From: a virus
Lineage: Duplodnaviria > Caudoviricetes
DNA: 52,427 bases
Reading direction: 5' to 3' (one strand)
IMG/VR virus record: IMGVR_UViG_3300043452_000009
Location: 1-52,427 of that record
The notes below the pieces were generated by a model, which ran no database searches, had not been told where the DNA came from, and worked only from the letters and a program-made list of their open reading frames with translations. A program made the position numbers and the translations under genes. Below, piece after piece: positions 44,605-52,427 of this stretch (position 1 is its first letter; every line of letters begins with the position of its first letter).

Positions 44605-44959
44605 ATACGCCTAGTCTTTTTAGTTTATTAATAACTGACAATCTTTTTTTAGTAGCGTCTTCCATCATGATGCCAAACATTCTAAGCATCATTGACTGGT
44701 CTATTGTTTTAACCATTGACCATTGGTCGTTTTTAGAGGATCCGTTAGGTGATGTAGACGAAGCGAAGAAGAAGCCGCTAAGTAACGAAATGTTATCAGG
44801 CTCTTGTTTGACATCGGATTCTGCTCCAAATAAAGTAAAGTCAACGTTTATCTTAAGGTTATTTTCTATAGCCATACTGGCGTATATTTCAAGGTCCTCA
44901 ATGTCTGCGTCTATCTCGTCAAGCTCGTATATTAAATCTTTTATTTTATTTAGTGCCAT
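44570..44959 (-). CDS. hypothetical protein
   Basis: ORF track; tightly packed in the - operon. Confidence 0.65.
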   Translation of the reverse strand: MALNKIKDLIYELDEIDADIEDLEIYASMAIENNLKINVDFTLFGAESDVKQEPDNISLLSGFFFASSTSPNGSSKNDQWSMVKTIDQSMMLRMFGIMMEDATKKRLSVINKLKRLGVYERATNTIKKN

Positions 44960-46181
44960 AATCTTTTTTAAAGTGTGTTAGTGTATAATTTTTCTTGTTT
45001 ACTACTGACTTATATATGCTGTCCTCTATTCCGTTCCTTGAGAAGATCCAGTATACCTTATTCTCTGGACGATCCATTGTGGTCATTCTGTCTCTAGCTT
45101 GCCAGTATGATGTGGCGGAGAAGTCTATATTATAAAACACTAAGAACTCAGCGTTTCTCAAACTAATACCTTCCCTTCCTGATACAATCTGAAGGGCAAT
45201 GTTTTTGCTTGTTGAGTCAAACTCATCTACATTATTTGTCAGGTTTTCTCCACCAAAAACTTGAAGCAATGCATTGTACTCCTCTATGAACTTATAGAAT
45301 ATTCCAATCTTGTTACCTTCGAATTTTTTCTTTATAAACTCAGCCTTAGCTGTATCTATTATCATTGACTTACCGGATTCAAATTTAACAGTTCCGCTGT
45401 ACATCTGGTGAAGCTTTTGCATGAGTTTTACAGAAGTGTCTGCTAATATAACCTCTTGCTTGCCTTCTATAACAAGATCCTTCTTTAATTGATGGCATAG
45501 GTCGTATGTTTTATCCGACATTGTTACGTGAAGTATTTCTTCGTGTATCTTAGATTTAAAACCAGATTCGACCTGAGTATAATTTATTTTATACTTGTCT
45601 ATATGCTGCTTTATTAAATCCATGTTTGCGTTTGAGTAGTCATTGATGGTGCCGTAACCTAAATGCTTTTGTGTTACCTTAACAAAGTCTGCGGCCCACT
45701 TATAAAAAGTGGTGTAAGATCTAAACGGGCTTCTTGAGCTAACCCAAAACTGATGGTATATCTGAGAGTAAGACTCAGGCGTTGGTGTTCCAGAAAGGAA
45801 TATCATAGGCAGGTGCTCAAACATTTTTCTAAATGTCTTGGTAGCTAGCCCTGGCTTAGGAAAGGATCCAAACCTGTGATGCTCGTCATGTATAACTAAG
45901 TCGTACTTACCGTTTAACTTATGCATTGACTCGTCATTCATTACGGTTATATCAAAATATTTATCGTAACCAAAGTTTATATAGTCAGACTCTATTGAAG
46001 ATATAGCTTTCTTCTTGGTTAGAAACAAAACATTCTCAGCTCCATAAAGCTTTGCTATCTCCATAGATGTTGCTGTCTTACCTGTTCTTACTTGCATAGC
46101 TAAGTAAACGATACCTAAATTCTTTAGTATATCGTTACCTTCTTTTGCTATGTCGTCCTGATAATCTCTAAGTTTGTGCAT
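44946..46181 (-). CDS. superfamily 2 helicase (SNF2/DEAD-like)
   Basis: LRDYQ Q-motif, QVRTGKT, IHDEHH, LSGTP, SGREGISL, QARDR. Confidence 0.9.
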   Translation of the reverse strand: MHKLRDYQDDIAKEGNDILKNLGIVYLAMQVRTGKTATSMEIAKLYGAENVLFLTKKKAISSIESDYINFGYDKYFDITVMNDESMHKLNGKYDLVIHDEHHRFGSFPKPGLATKTFRKMFEHLPMIFLSGTPTPESYSQIYHQFWVSSRSPFRSYTTFYKWAADFVKVTQKHLGYGTINDYSNANMDLIKQHIDKYKINYTQVESGFKSKIHEEILHVTMSDKTYDLCHQLKKDLVIEGKQEVILADTSVKLMQKLHQMYSGTVKFESGKSMIIDTAKAEFIKKKFEGNKIGIFYKFIEEYNALLQVFGGENLTNNVDEFDSTSKNIALQIVSGREGISLRNAEFLVFYNIDFSATSYWQARDRMTTMDRPENKVYWIFSRNGIEDSIYKSVVNKKNYTLTHFKKDYGTK

Positions 46182-46368
46182 CTTTTTTGTTTTGATTATA
46201 CTCTATAAAAAACCCTATAGCAACAATTATATTCATTCCAAATGAAGCTATTATCTCGTGTATGTCTTGGTATACATTAACAGTTAAATGTACGTGACCG
46301 ACCATCCAGAATGGTATAGATAAGTTATTAGCTATCCATTTTATTGCAAATATAATAAAATGTTTCAC
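46168..46368 (-). CDS. small membrane protein
   Basis: GTG start; two hydrophobic segments. Confidence 0.6.
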   Translation of the reverse strand: MKHFIIFAIKWIANNLSIPFWMVGHVHLTVNVYQDIHEIIASFGMNIIVAIGFFIEYNQNKKDAQT

Positions 46369-46535
46369 TAATCTAGAAATATTTTTAAAGTTTCTCCATC
46401 ATCTTGTATGGATATTGCAACATTTTTAAAGTGACCCATTTTCTTATACAAAGTCAACAGCCTACCAATTGGATGTTCGTTACTTGCATGGTTAATCACT
46501 TCTATTCTATTTATTTTTTCTTCATCTATTTCCAT
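46368..46535 (-). CDS. small phage protein, 55 aa (not in ORF track)
   Basis: MEIDEEKINRIEVINH...GR...SIQDDGETLKIFLD*, a recurrent R.EVI.H...GR...QDDG.TLKIF pattern. Confidence 0.75.
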   Translation of the reverse strand: MEIDEEKINRIEVINHASNEHPIGRLLTLYKKMGHFKNVAISIQDDGETLKIFLD

Positions 46536-46538
46536 ATC

Positions 46539-46646
46539 TTATTTGTTTTTAAATTTATCAATTAAACTAAAAATCCCAATTACAATCCCTATAACAATAA
46601 TAGTAATTATTCCTATAATATCTTTTAAATTTACAAATACTTCCAT
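46539..46646 (-). CDS. single-TM micro-protein, 35 aa (not in ORF track)
   Basis: MEVFVNLKDIIGIITIIVIGIVIGIFSLIDKFKNK*. Confidence 0.6.
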   Translation of the reverse strand: MEVFVNLKDIIGIITIIVIGIVIGIFSLIDKFKNK

Positions 46647-46653
46647 ATTTTTA

Positions 46654-46740
46654 TTAGCCGTTATTTTTTTTAAAATCTGCATTATAATCTTCAAATCTAT
46701 TTATTAAAAAATTTAATACAATTACCAATAGTTGTTTCAT
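46654..46740 (-). CDS. micro-ORF, 28 aa (not in ORF track)
   Basis: MKQLLVIVLNFLINRFEDYNADFKKNNG*; preceded by the junction motif. Confidence 0.4.
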   Translation of the reverse strand: MKQLLVIVLNFLINRFEDYNADFKKNNG

Positions 46741-46743
46741 ATT

Positions 46744-46821
46744 TTATTTGTTTTTAATTTCTAAATAATAATTGTTAAATAAATTTATAGTTATACTCCA
46801 TATAAATTTTATACCTGGCAT
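46744..46821 (-). CDS. micro-ORF, 25 aa (not in ORF track)
   Basis: MPGIKFIWSITINLFNNYYLEIKNK*; bounded by junction motifs. Confidence 0.4.
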   Translation of the reverse strand: MPGIKFIWSITINLFNNYYLEIKNK

Positions 46822-46833
46822 ATTTTATTGTTT

Positions 46834-47055
46834 TTAATAATGATATTTTATTGTTTTTTGTTTTTTATATTTTTCTAAACGTTCTTTGGCATCTTGTAAG
46901 TTGCAAAAAGAGCATCTTTCTTCTTGTATATTTGGATGATACCATAAATAAATAATGTTCCTATCAATACCTTCCCAACCAATACCTGTTCTACGCTGAG
47001 GTATAAACCTACCGTTTACTTCTTTTACTCTGTATTTTTTAAAAATGTTCATCAT
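46834..47055 (-). CDS. hypothetical protein
   Basis: ORF track; KYRVKE..GRFIPQRR..IGW. Confidence 0.7.
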   Translation of the reverse strand: MMNIFKKYRVKEVNGRFIPQRRTGIGWEGIDRNIIYLWYHPNIQEERCSFCNLQDAKERLEKYKKQKTIKYHY

Positions 47056-47058
47056 ATC

Positions 47059-47334
47059 TTATTTGTTAAATTGTTCAAACCATTCTTGGGGTGTTGGAAA
47101 CTCTCCCTTATGTAGTGCTAAAGGAGACTGACTAATAATGGCTAATCTTGCGCCCTGTTCATAAGCAAACTTCATATCTTCCTCACTATACATTCTTTCT
47201 TGTTGCCATTTAGCACCTGCTGTAAAATCTAATTTTATTTGTTGAGTATATTCAACTCTATGACTTCTTCCTGATATTATAATATTTATTCTATAATTTT
47301 GAGCAGCTTCCTCAAGTGTTTCTTTTGTTTTCAT
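47059..47334 (-). CDS. hypothetical protein (ETLEEAA...GAKWQQERMYSEE type)
   Basis: Motif recurrent in Flavobacteriia phages; ends EWFEQFNK. Confidence 0.75.
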   Translation of the reverse strand: MKTKETLEEAAQNYRINIIISGRSHRVEYTQQIKLDFTAGAKWQQERMYSEEDMKFAYEQGARLAIISQSPLALHKGEFPTPQEWFEQFNK

Positions 47335-47414
47335 ATCTTTTCTTCTTTTATATATCCTTCTAAAATAAATTTACCATAAGCCCACTTATAGTATGGTGTA
47401 CCTTTATCTTTCAT
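47331..47414 (-). CDS. micro-ORF, 27 aa (not in ORF track)
   Basis: MKDKGTPYYKWAYGKFILEGYIKEEKI*; start/stop overlaps on both sides. Confidence 0.5.
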   Translation of the reverse strand: MKDKGTPYYKWAYGKFILEGYIKEEKI

Positions 47415-47851
47415 TATAATTTAGATTTTACAATTGTTTTTAAGTATGAAAATATATCTCCTCTTTTGTCTAAAGCTCCAAGTACAAGACTAACATCTTG
47501 TAATGATAGGCAGGGTTTGTTTTTTACAATGAAATATTCAGCCTCTTCTTTAGTATTAAAAAAATTAAGATGATTGCTGTCGCTGGTAAAATTAGGCCAT
47601 ATACTATAAACAAACCATTCTTCAAAAAGAGTATTATTGGTTTGATAATTTCTTGTAGAAACAATATATCTAACATCATCATTGATCTCTTCCCAATACT
47701 CAGGTTGGTTTTCTACGTGATACTTTAATATTCCTAAATACTGTTCTTCTTTATAGAAATAACAGAAACTTGATCTTTCTTCTCTCTCTTCACATACTGT
47801 TCCTAACTCAGGACTTCCTGGGTACTCTTTAATTAATTTGTATTTTTTCAT
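47414..47851 (-). CDS. hypothetical protein (KYKLIKEYPGSP type)
   Basis: ORF track; VENQPEYWEE and NKPCLSL motifs. Confidence 0.75.
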   Translation of the reverse strand: MKKYKLIKEYPGSPELGTVCEEREERSSFCYFYKEEQYLGILKYHVENQPEYWEEINDDVRYIVSTRNYQTNNTLFEEWFVYSIWPNFTSDSNHLNFFNTKEEAEYFIVKNKPCLSLQDVSLVLGALDKRGDIFSYLKTIVKSKL

Positions 47852-47852
47852 A

Positions 47853-48197
47853 TTACTTAAGTATAAAGTTTAATGTTTTAATTTGTTTCTTGATAGGTGT
47901 TAGTCCAATCTCTTTATTGAATAACGCTCTTCTCTTGTTTACATCTACTTTTTTGTCGCAGATGTTAGCGCTCCAGTATACATACTGTTCTTCCTTGGCT
48001 TCTATAAACTTCTGAAGCCTTTCTTTTTCTTGAATTAGAAACTCCTCTCTAGGATTCGTCTCTATATACATCATCATTTCTCTAAGGAATTTATTCTGCT
48101 TTGATATAGATGTCTTCTTTTTTTTAGTAAGAGAATCTAACAACAAAGACTTATTATTGTTCTCTATCTCTGATTTTATTTCTATTAATGATTTCAT
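47853..48197 (-). CDS. hypothetical basic protein
   Basis: ORF track; packed operon. Confidence 0.7.
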   Translation of the reverse strand: MKSLIEIKSEIENNNKSLLLDSLTKKKKTSISKQNKFLREMMMYIETNPREEFLIQEKERLQKFIEAKEEQYVYWSANICDKKVDVNKRRALFNKEIGLTPIKKQIKTLNFILK

Positions 48198-48203
48198 AGT
48201 GTT

Positions 48204-48473
48204 TTATTTTTGTTCATATCTATTCCTTATGTATGTGTAAACCTCCCATATTTTACTCTCTGCTTCCTCCTGCTTCTTATACATTACGGAGCCTAGATTT
48301 TCTTCTGAAGTAAACGTCTCTCCAGTTTCCTTGTTGTAGTAGTAATCCTTACCACAGGATGATATGCCACCCTTACGGATGGCTATCCTGTATCTCGCGC
48401 CAATGAACCTGATGTAAACCTGCCAGTCATTGTCCACGCACCACTTAAAACTAGAACAATTGCTCTGGTTCAT
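48204..48473 (-). CDS. hypothetical protein
   Basis: ORF track; overlaps the primase end. Confidence 0.65.
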   Translation of the reverse strand: MNQSNCSSFKWCVDNDWQVYIRFIGARYRIAIRKGGISSCGKDYYYNKETGETFTSEENLGSVMYKKQEEAESKIWEVYTYIRNRYEQK

Positions 48474-50862
48474 CCTTCTTAGCTTTTTCTGTTACAAACT
48501 TGATCCATCTGCCGTTTGAATCCCTACCTTCTACCGGAGGTATATCACTTATGAAGTTACCATAAGAAGCCAACCATTTGTAGAAAACATTCCTAGATAT
48601 CGTCATCTTAGCCTTAGGACCAAAGTCAGGGTTGTCGTTAACAAAATCCTGATACAAGTCACTCTTGAATAAGATCTTGTCCTTCTTAAGCTTGTCACTT
48701 GCTTGACTGCCCTCGATAAGACCGCACCACTCAATGAACTCATGACACGTCTCAGCAGATAGCTTACGAACCTTAAGGTTAACGAACGTGCTCTTGATAA
48801 GACCTGTGTTCATGTACGCTTTTAAGTTGTTGATCATGTAGTTGTCAAACCTGCACCACTCATCAAAGTCCCAGTCACTGAATAGCAACCTACCGAACTC
48901 AACAAGCGGAGTAAACTCCTTGGTGTAGAACTGTTTGAACTCCAGCTCCCACTTACGTCTCTCGAATGAGTTACCCTTACCCTTGATGGCGTAGTTGGTT
49001 GTAATAACTACCTTAGGTGACCTAGCGAATGTAAGCTTGATAGCGTCCTTGTTCTTCTTCTCTATCGTAAGACCCTCAGTAACAATACTGAACAGCCTCT
49101 CGAAGTCGAAGTGCTTTCTAACGTCATCAAAGCAAAGCACCTGCGTGTCGATTGATACGGTCTGGTATGCGAATGACTTCTCGAAGTTGAAAGACTTGCC
49201 GTCAATCATAGCGAACTTCTTCATCTTAGATATACCGTTGACAAACAAGCCCTTACCAGTTCCTCCCTCAGGGTTATCCGTAATGACCTCATCATTTAAG
49301 ATAACGGCCGGGCAGTACGAAAGGTTCTTGTAGCCATGCATTAGGTAACCGATCGTGCTCTCCATTGACTTAACCCTTTGCTCGTCATCACCAGCGATGT
49401 TTGAAACGAATGTCTTGTAGTCACACTCATTAGAATCGCAGATGTCAAAGTCCCTGTCAATAATCTGATCCTTCCAGATGTAGCCTCCTAGATCCATGTA
49501 ATCAATCATGATGATGTCATTCATGGTAACCTTAACCGCGCAGTTCCTGTAGTACAGGTACGCTGTGTCCTTGGCATCCTCTATGAAGTAAACATCAACA
49601 GAAGCCAATAGAGAAAGGAAGTCATCCTTGAAGAACCTTGTCTTGTCAGCGAAGTAGTTGTACACAGACATGTCGTCTATGTTCTCTAGGTAGTCAAGCA
49701 CGAAGTCCTTGATCTCGGTCTCAGATGCATTCTCAATCAGGTTGTTAGTAACCCTTACAAGTATGAAGTCCTTACTACCTTCTGGCACAAACTTATAGAA
49801 CCCATTGTCCTCAAGGAACTCCTTGAACAGGTAGTGTATAATTGTTACAGCCCCCTTGTCGCTCTTCCACCAAAACTTCTTGCTCGACTCCTGCTCATCA
49901 ATACTCTCAATGACACTTGTAATAACACTCTCGTGTATATCCGAGTCAGTAAATTCTGCAATAACATCCTTCTTATGCGCACCTCTTTTAATTTTTTGTT
50001 TAATTTGACTTACCTTTTCTTCATCCTCGTAGTACTTGGTCCCGAACTTATTCGTGTGAGAGTACGCAGAGTCAATCGTCTGCTTAATCTCAGACAACGG
50101 GAAGTCACTAGAGGCAAACTGCGACATCACATACTCAGCTAACGACTTGTTAACACCGTAATCATTAAATGCAGCGGCTAGTATGTACGTGTTGTTGTTA
50201 CGCTCACCATCCACAAGGCCGTACCTCTTAACCCACCACTTCATTAGGATCTCAACAATCTTATTATCGTTAGTTATTGGTATGGTTTGCTTGGATGAGA
50301 ACTTATCAACCTCCTTGTACTCAGGCTCCTCCGTCTTCTCCCATACTTTAGCCTTGTCGTTGATGTATATGTCTGGGTCGTACGACTCGTAGCATACACG
50401 CGACAGGTTCTTCGATGTCTTGTCGAAGTAAGGCGACTTGAAGTGCTTCTCAAGTGAGTTGAAGTAGCTGACGTGGTTATCTGGATCGTTTGGTATTCTA
50501 ACAATTACCTTAAGTCCATCGTCTGATGGTGAGATAAACGCGGAGAATACAAACTTGTCCTTCTTAAGCTCATCCTTGTAGTCGTTAAGCTTTTTCTTAT
50601 CCTCGAAGTTATCGAAGTCTAAGCAAATCAAACCGCTGTGCTCAAGCAGTGAGTTGTCCGCTCTCTTGTTAAACCTTCCAGAGAAACATATAGACGGAAG
50701 CTCTTGCTTAAGCGTGTTACGCTTGGTCTTGTCCTTCTGAGCTCTGATGCTCTTAACAAGATCCTTTGACGCGCCCTCTCTAATCCTAGCGAGCACCACG
50801 TTCACATCCCTATAGAAGGGCGTGGACGTTTCCTTAATGTTTCTAAAAACCGTTACTGTCAT
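48451..50862 (-). CDS. primase-helicase (BT4734/VirE-N-like domain, PriCT-like region, SF3-type helicase)
   Basis: KQELPSICFSG.F..R......HSGLICLDFD, FISPSDDGLK, KNLSRVCYESYDP; GERNN; GGTGKGLF Walker A, CFDD Walker B, ITTN. Confidence 0.9.
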   Translation of the reverse strand: MTVTVFRNIKETSTPFYRDVNVVLARIREGASKDLVKSIRAQKDKTKRNTLKQELPSICFSGRFNKRADNSLLEHSGLICLDFDNFEDKKKLNDYKDELKKDKFVFSAFISPSDDGLKVIVRIPNDPDNHVSYFNSLEKHFKSPYFDKTSKNLSRVCYESYDPDIYINDKAKVWEKTEEPEYKEVDKFSSKQTIPITNDNKIVEILMKWWVKRYGLVDGERNNNTYILAAAFNDYGVNKSLAEYVMSQFASSDFPLSEIKQTIDSAYSHTNKFGTKYYEDEEKVSQIKQKIKRGAHKKDVIAEFTDSDIHESVITSVIESIDEQESSKKFWWKSDKGAVTIIHYLFKEFLEDNGFYKFVPEGSKDFILVRVTNNLIENASETEIKDFVLDYLENIDDMSVYNYFADKTRFFKDDFLSLLASVDVYFIEDAKDTAYLYYRNCAVKVTMNDIIMIDYMDLGGYIWKDQIIDRDFDICDSNECDYKTFVSNIAGDDEQRVKSMESTIGYLMHGYKNLSYCPAVILNDEVITDNPEGGTGKGLFVNGISKMKKFAMIDGKSFNFEKSFAYQTVSIDTQVLCFDDVRKHFDFERLFSIVTEGLTIEKKNKDAIKLTFARSPKVVITTNYAIKGKGNSFERRKWELEFKQFYTKEFTPLVEFGRLLFSDWDFDEWCRFDNYMINNLKAYMNTGLIKSTFVNLKVRKLSAETCHEFIEWCGLIEGSQASDKLKKDKILFKSDLYQDFVNDNPDFGPKAKMTISRNVFYKWLASYGNFISDIPPVEGRDSNGRWIKFVTEKAKKDEPEQLF

Positions 50863-50864
50863 AT

Positions 50865-51125
50865 CTATTCAGTTATTTGTTCGTAATTGTGTCTGATAAG
50901 CGTGTTTATCTTATTATTCATGTTGTTTAAATAAGAACCTGAACTTACTTGCTTGCTGTCAAAGATCGTCTCGTACAGAGGCTCTAATGACTTCGCAAAC
51001 TCCTTAGCTCTTTCTCTAATACCTACAGCTGTATCTGTATTAACAGCCATTTCATCTAGCATGTCTATCATGCAGTGCGTTAAAACAGCTAGCGTGTGCG
51101 ATTGGATTCGTTGCTTTCTATTCAT
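50865..51125 (-). CDS. hypothetical protein
   Basis: ORF track. Confidence 0.7.
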   Translation of the reverse strand: MNRKQRIQSHTLAVLTHCMIDMLDEMAVNTDTAVGIRERAKEFAKSLEPLYETIFDSKQVSSGSYLNNMNNKINTLIRHNYEQITE

Positions 51126-51131
51126 AATTAT

Positions 51132-51341
51132 TTAATTAAATTCTTCGTCTGTTATATCTTCTCTCTCGTGTAGTATTTGAAGCAATCTATCTGCTGTTAA
51201 AATATACCCAGCTAAAGCTTCATCTGTACCAAACTTACCGCAGTCTCTATAAAAATCAATATGTATAACGGTGTCGTTTCCAAATGTTTTTACCTCAAAT
51301 GTTGTCGTCTGTTCTTCCCGTGGTTTGTATAATAAACTCAT
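51132..51341 (-). CDS. hypothetical protein
   Basis: ORF track. Confidence 0.65.
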   Translation of the reverse strand: MSLLYKPREEQTTTFEVKTFGNDTVIHIDFYRDCGKFGTDEALAGYILTADRLLQILHEREDITDEEFN

Positions 51342-51552
51342 AACCTTTTTCTTTTTTAAATGTTTCTAATGATTGCTTAACCGTAATATCTCCATACGAT
51401 AGTGAATGAAAACAACTACTTTTTATAAACCACTCTGCAAATTCAACAGCGTAATCATCTGCTATTTTTTCAGAAATATTAATATCAACTTCTGTTTTTT
51501 CATCAGAAAGATGCCCTGTTAAAGCTTGTCTAAACTTTTCTTTTAGTGTCAT
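51295..51552 (-). CDS. small paralogue A2 (MTLKE...IADDYAxEF...FKKEKG)
   Basis: Paralogous to 51549..51731. Confidence 0.75.
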   Translation of the reverse strand: MTLKEKFRQALTGHLSDEKTEVDINISEKIADDYAVEFAEWFIKSSCFHSLSYGDITVKQSLETFKKEKGYEFIIQTTGRTDDNI

Positions 51553-51731
51553 AATCCTTTTTCTTTTTTAAATTCTTTTAATTGTTTATTTAAAACTTCT
51601 TTGTTAATATTAAATAGCCAATTAGAAAACTCAATAGCGTAATCATCTGCTATTATTTCAAGTTGTGCTTCTCTTATTTGTAATCTTGGATTAGTATCTA
51701 ACCATTTTTTAAACTCTTCTTTTAGTGTCAT
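51549..51731 (-). CDS. small paralogue A1
   Basis: MTLKEEF...IADDYAIEFSNW...FKKEKGL. Confidence 0.75.
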   Translation of the reverse strand: MTLKEEFKKWLDTNPRLQIREAQLEIIADDYAIEFSNWLFNINKEVLNKQLKEFKKEKGL

Positions 51732-51955
51732 AACTTTTGCATTTCCTGTTTAACTTCATACCAATATTTTAAATTAGGATTTAATTCACCATTTGCATCC
51801 GCTAAATAGGTATCTATATATTCCCATTGATTAATAACTAAATCAACTGCTATTAATGCACATTGTTTAGCTTCTTCAATACTAAATTCTTCAATATAAG
51901 TTTGCATTAAATCATACTTATGTACTAACTCTATCGCTTTTTCTTTTGGTTCCAT
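51728..51955 (-). CDS. small paralogue B3 (MxPKExA...ALIAVD...EVKQE)
   Basis: Paralogous to the two upstream ORFs. Confidence 0.75.
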   Translation of the reverse strand: MEPKEKAIELVHKYDLMQTYIEEFSIEEAKQCALIAVDLVINQWEYIDTYLADANGELNPNLKYWYEVKQEMQKL

Positions 51956-51974
51956 AGTTTTATGTGTTTTAATT

Positions 51975-52003
51975 TGTCACAAATACGTACTAAATTTGTG
52001 ACA
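51975..52003. repeat. perfect 10-bp inverted repeat TGTCACAAAT-N9-ATTTGTGACA
   Basis: Directly visible in the intergenic gap. Confidence 0.85.
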
Positions 52004-52005
52004 CT

Positions 52006-52260
52006 TTATAATTTATTTATTTCGTTTTTAACTTCTTGGTAGTAATGTACCGCTATTGATTCTGATAAATATAAGTCAGGAGTCATTTCTGTTTTCTTAT
52101 GCACCTGATGAAATGTTTGCTTTAATGCTTCGTGGATTCTATCACAAATTAATCTTGACTGCACTTTAGCTAGTTTTTCTGCGCTAACAGTACTATCACC
52201 TTTATGAACAAACTCAAGGCATTCTCTATATAAATCTAATGCTAATTCTTTTGGTGTCAT
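52006..52260 (-). CDS. small paralogue B2
   Basis: MTPKELA...YYQEVKNEINKL. Confidence 0.75.
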   Translation of the reverse strand: MTPKELALDLYRECLEFVHKGDSTVSAEKLAKVQSRLICDRIHEALKQTFHQVHKKTEMTPDLYLSESIAVHYYQEVKNEINKL

Positions 52261-52427
52261 AGCTTTTCTATTTCTTGTTTAACCTGTAGCCAATAATCAT
52301 TTTGAGAATATGTATTGAAAAAATTATTATCATTATTAAGTATCTCATCAACTGCTATTAATGATTGATTTTTCGCTAAGTCTTTTGCTGCTTCTGTTGA
52401 ATAAATGTCGTCTATTAATTCATAATA
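52257..52427 (-). CDS. small paralogue B1, 5'-truncated by the window edge
   Basis: ...AKNQSLIAVDEIL...DYWLQVKQEIEKL*; ATGA overlap with B2. Confidence 0.75.
   Translation of the reverse strand, partial: YYELIDDIYSTEAAKDLAKNQSLIAVDEILNNDNNFFNTYSQNDYWLQVKQEIEKL

Noticed and set aside
1-52427. Genome-wide stop-codon reassignment as in some crAss-like phages
   Set aside because: Long genes are intact and tightly packed under the standard code, and TAG, TGA and TAA all end genes at sensible boundaries.

Overview
The window is about 52 kb of a dsDNA tailed-phage genome. It is most likely a short-tailed (podovirus-type) phage of a Bacteroidota/Flavobacteriia host, judged from recurrent TAnnTTTG -7 promoter elements, A-rich leaders without Shine-Dalgarno sequences, and a morphogenesis module resembling phi14:2/crAss-like phages. 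The + strand arm (1-41209) carries a partial HNH nuclease, groEL-groES, fibre and basic micro-proteins, a lysis cassette (holin, M15 endolysin, spanin-like pair), three fibre/spike genes, a second tandem-GroES-like gene, a GIY-YIG endonuclease, TerS/TerL, portal, scaffold, major capsid protein, ring and muzzle tail proteins, and an ejection/cargo block with an embedded ferritin gene and a 1931-aa polyvalent protein. The convergent - strand arm (41206-52427) carries dNMP kinase, a metallophosphoesterase, a DnaA-C-domain protein, a VRR-NUC nuclease, an SF2 helicase, a primase-helicase and arrays of small paralogous ORFs. The strongest leads are: a three-component phage chaperonin system; an 18-bp palindrome of two face-to-face promoter elements between a wHTH gene and the late operon; ferritin inside the ejection operon; a candidate -1 frameshift in a cargo gene; and a daisy-chain docking pattern among the fibre proteins. 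All calls come from reading motifs by eye; no database searches were run. I saw no tRNA, rRNA, CRISPR array, integrase or reverse transcriptase.
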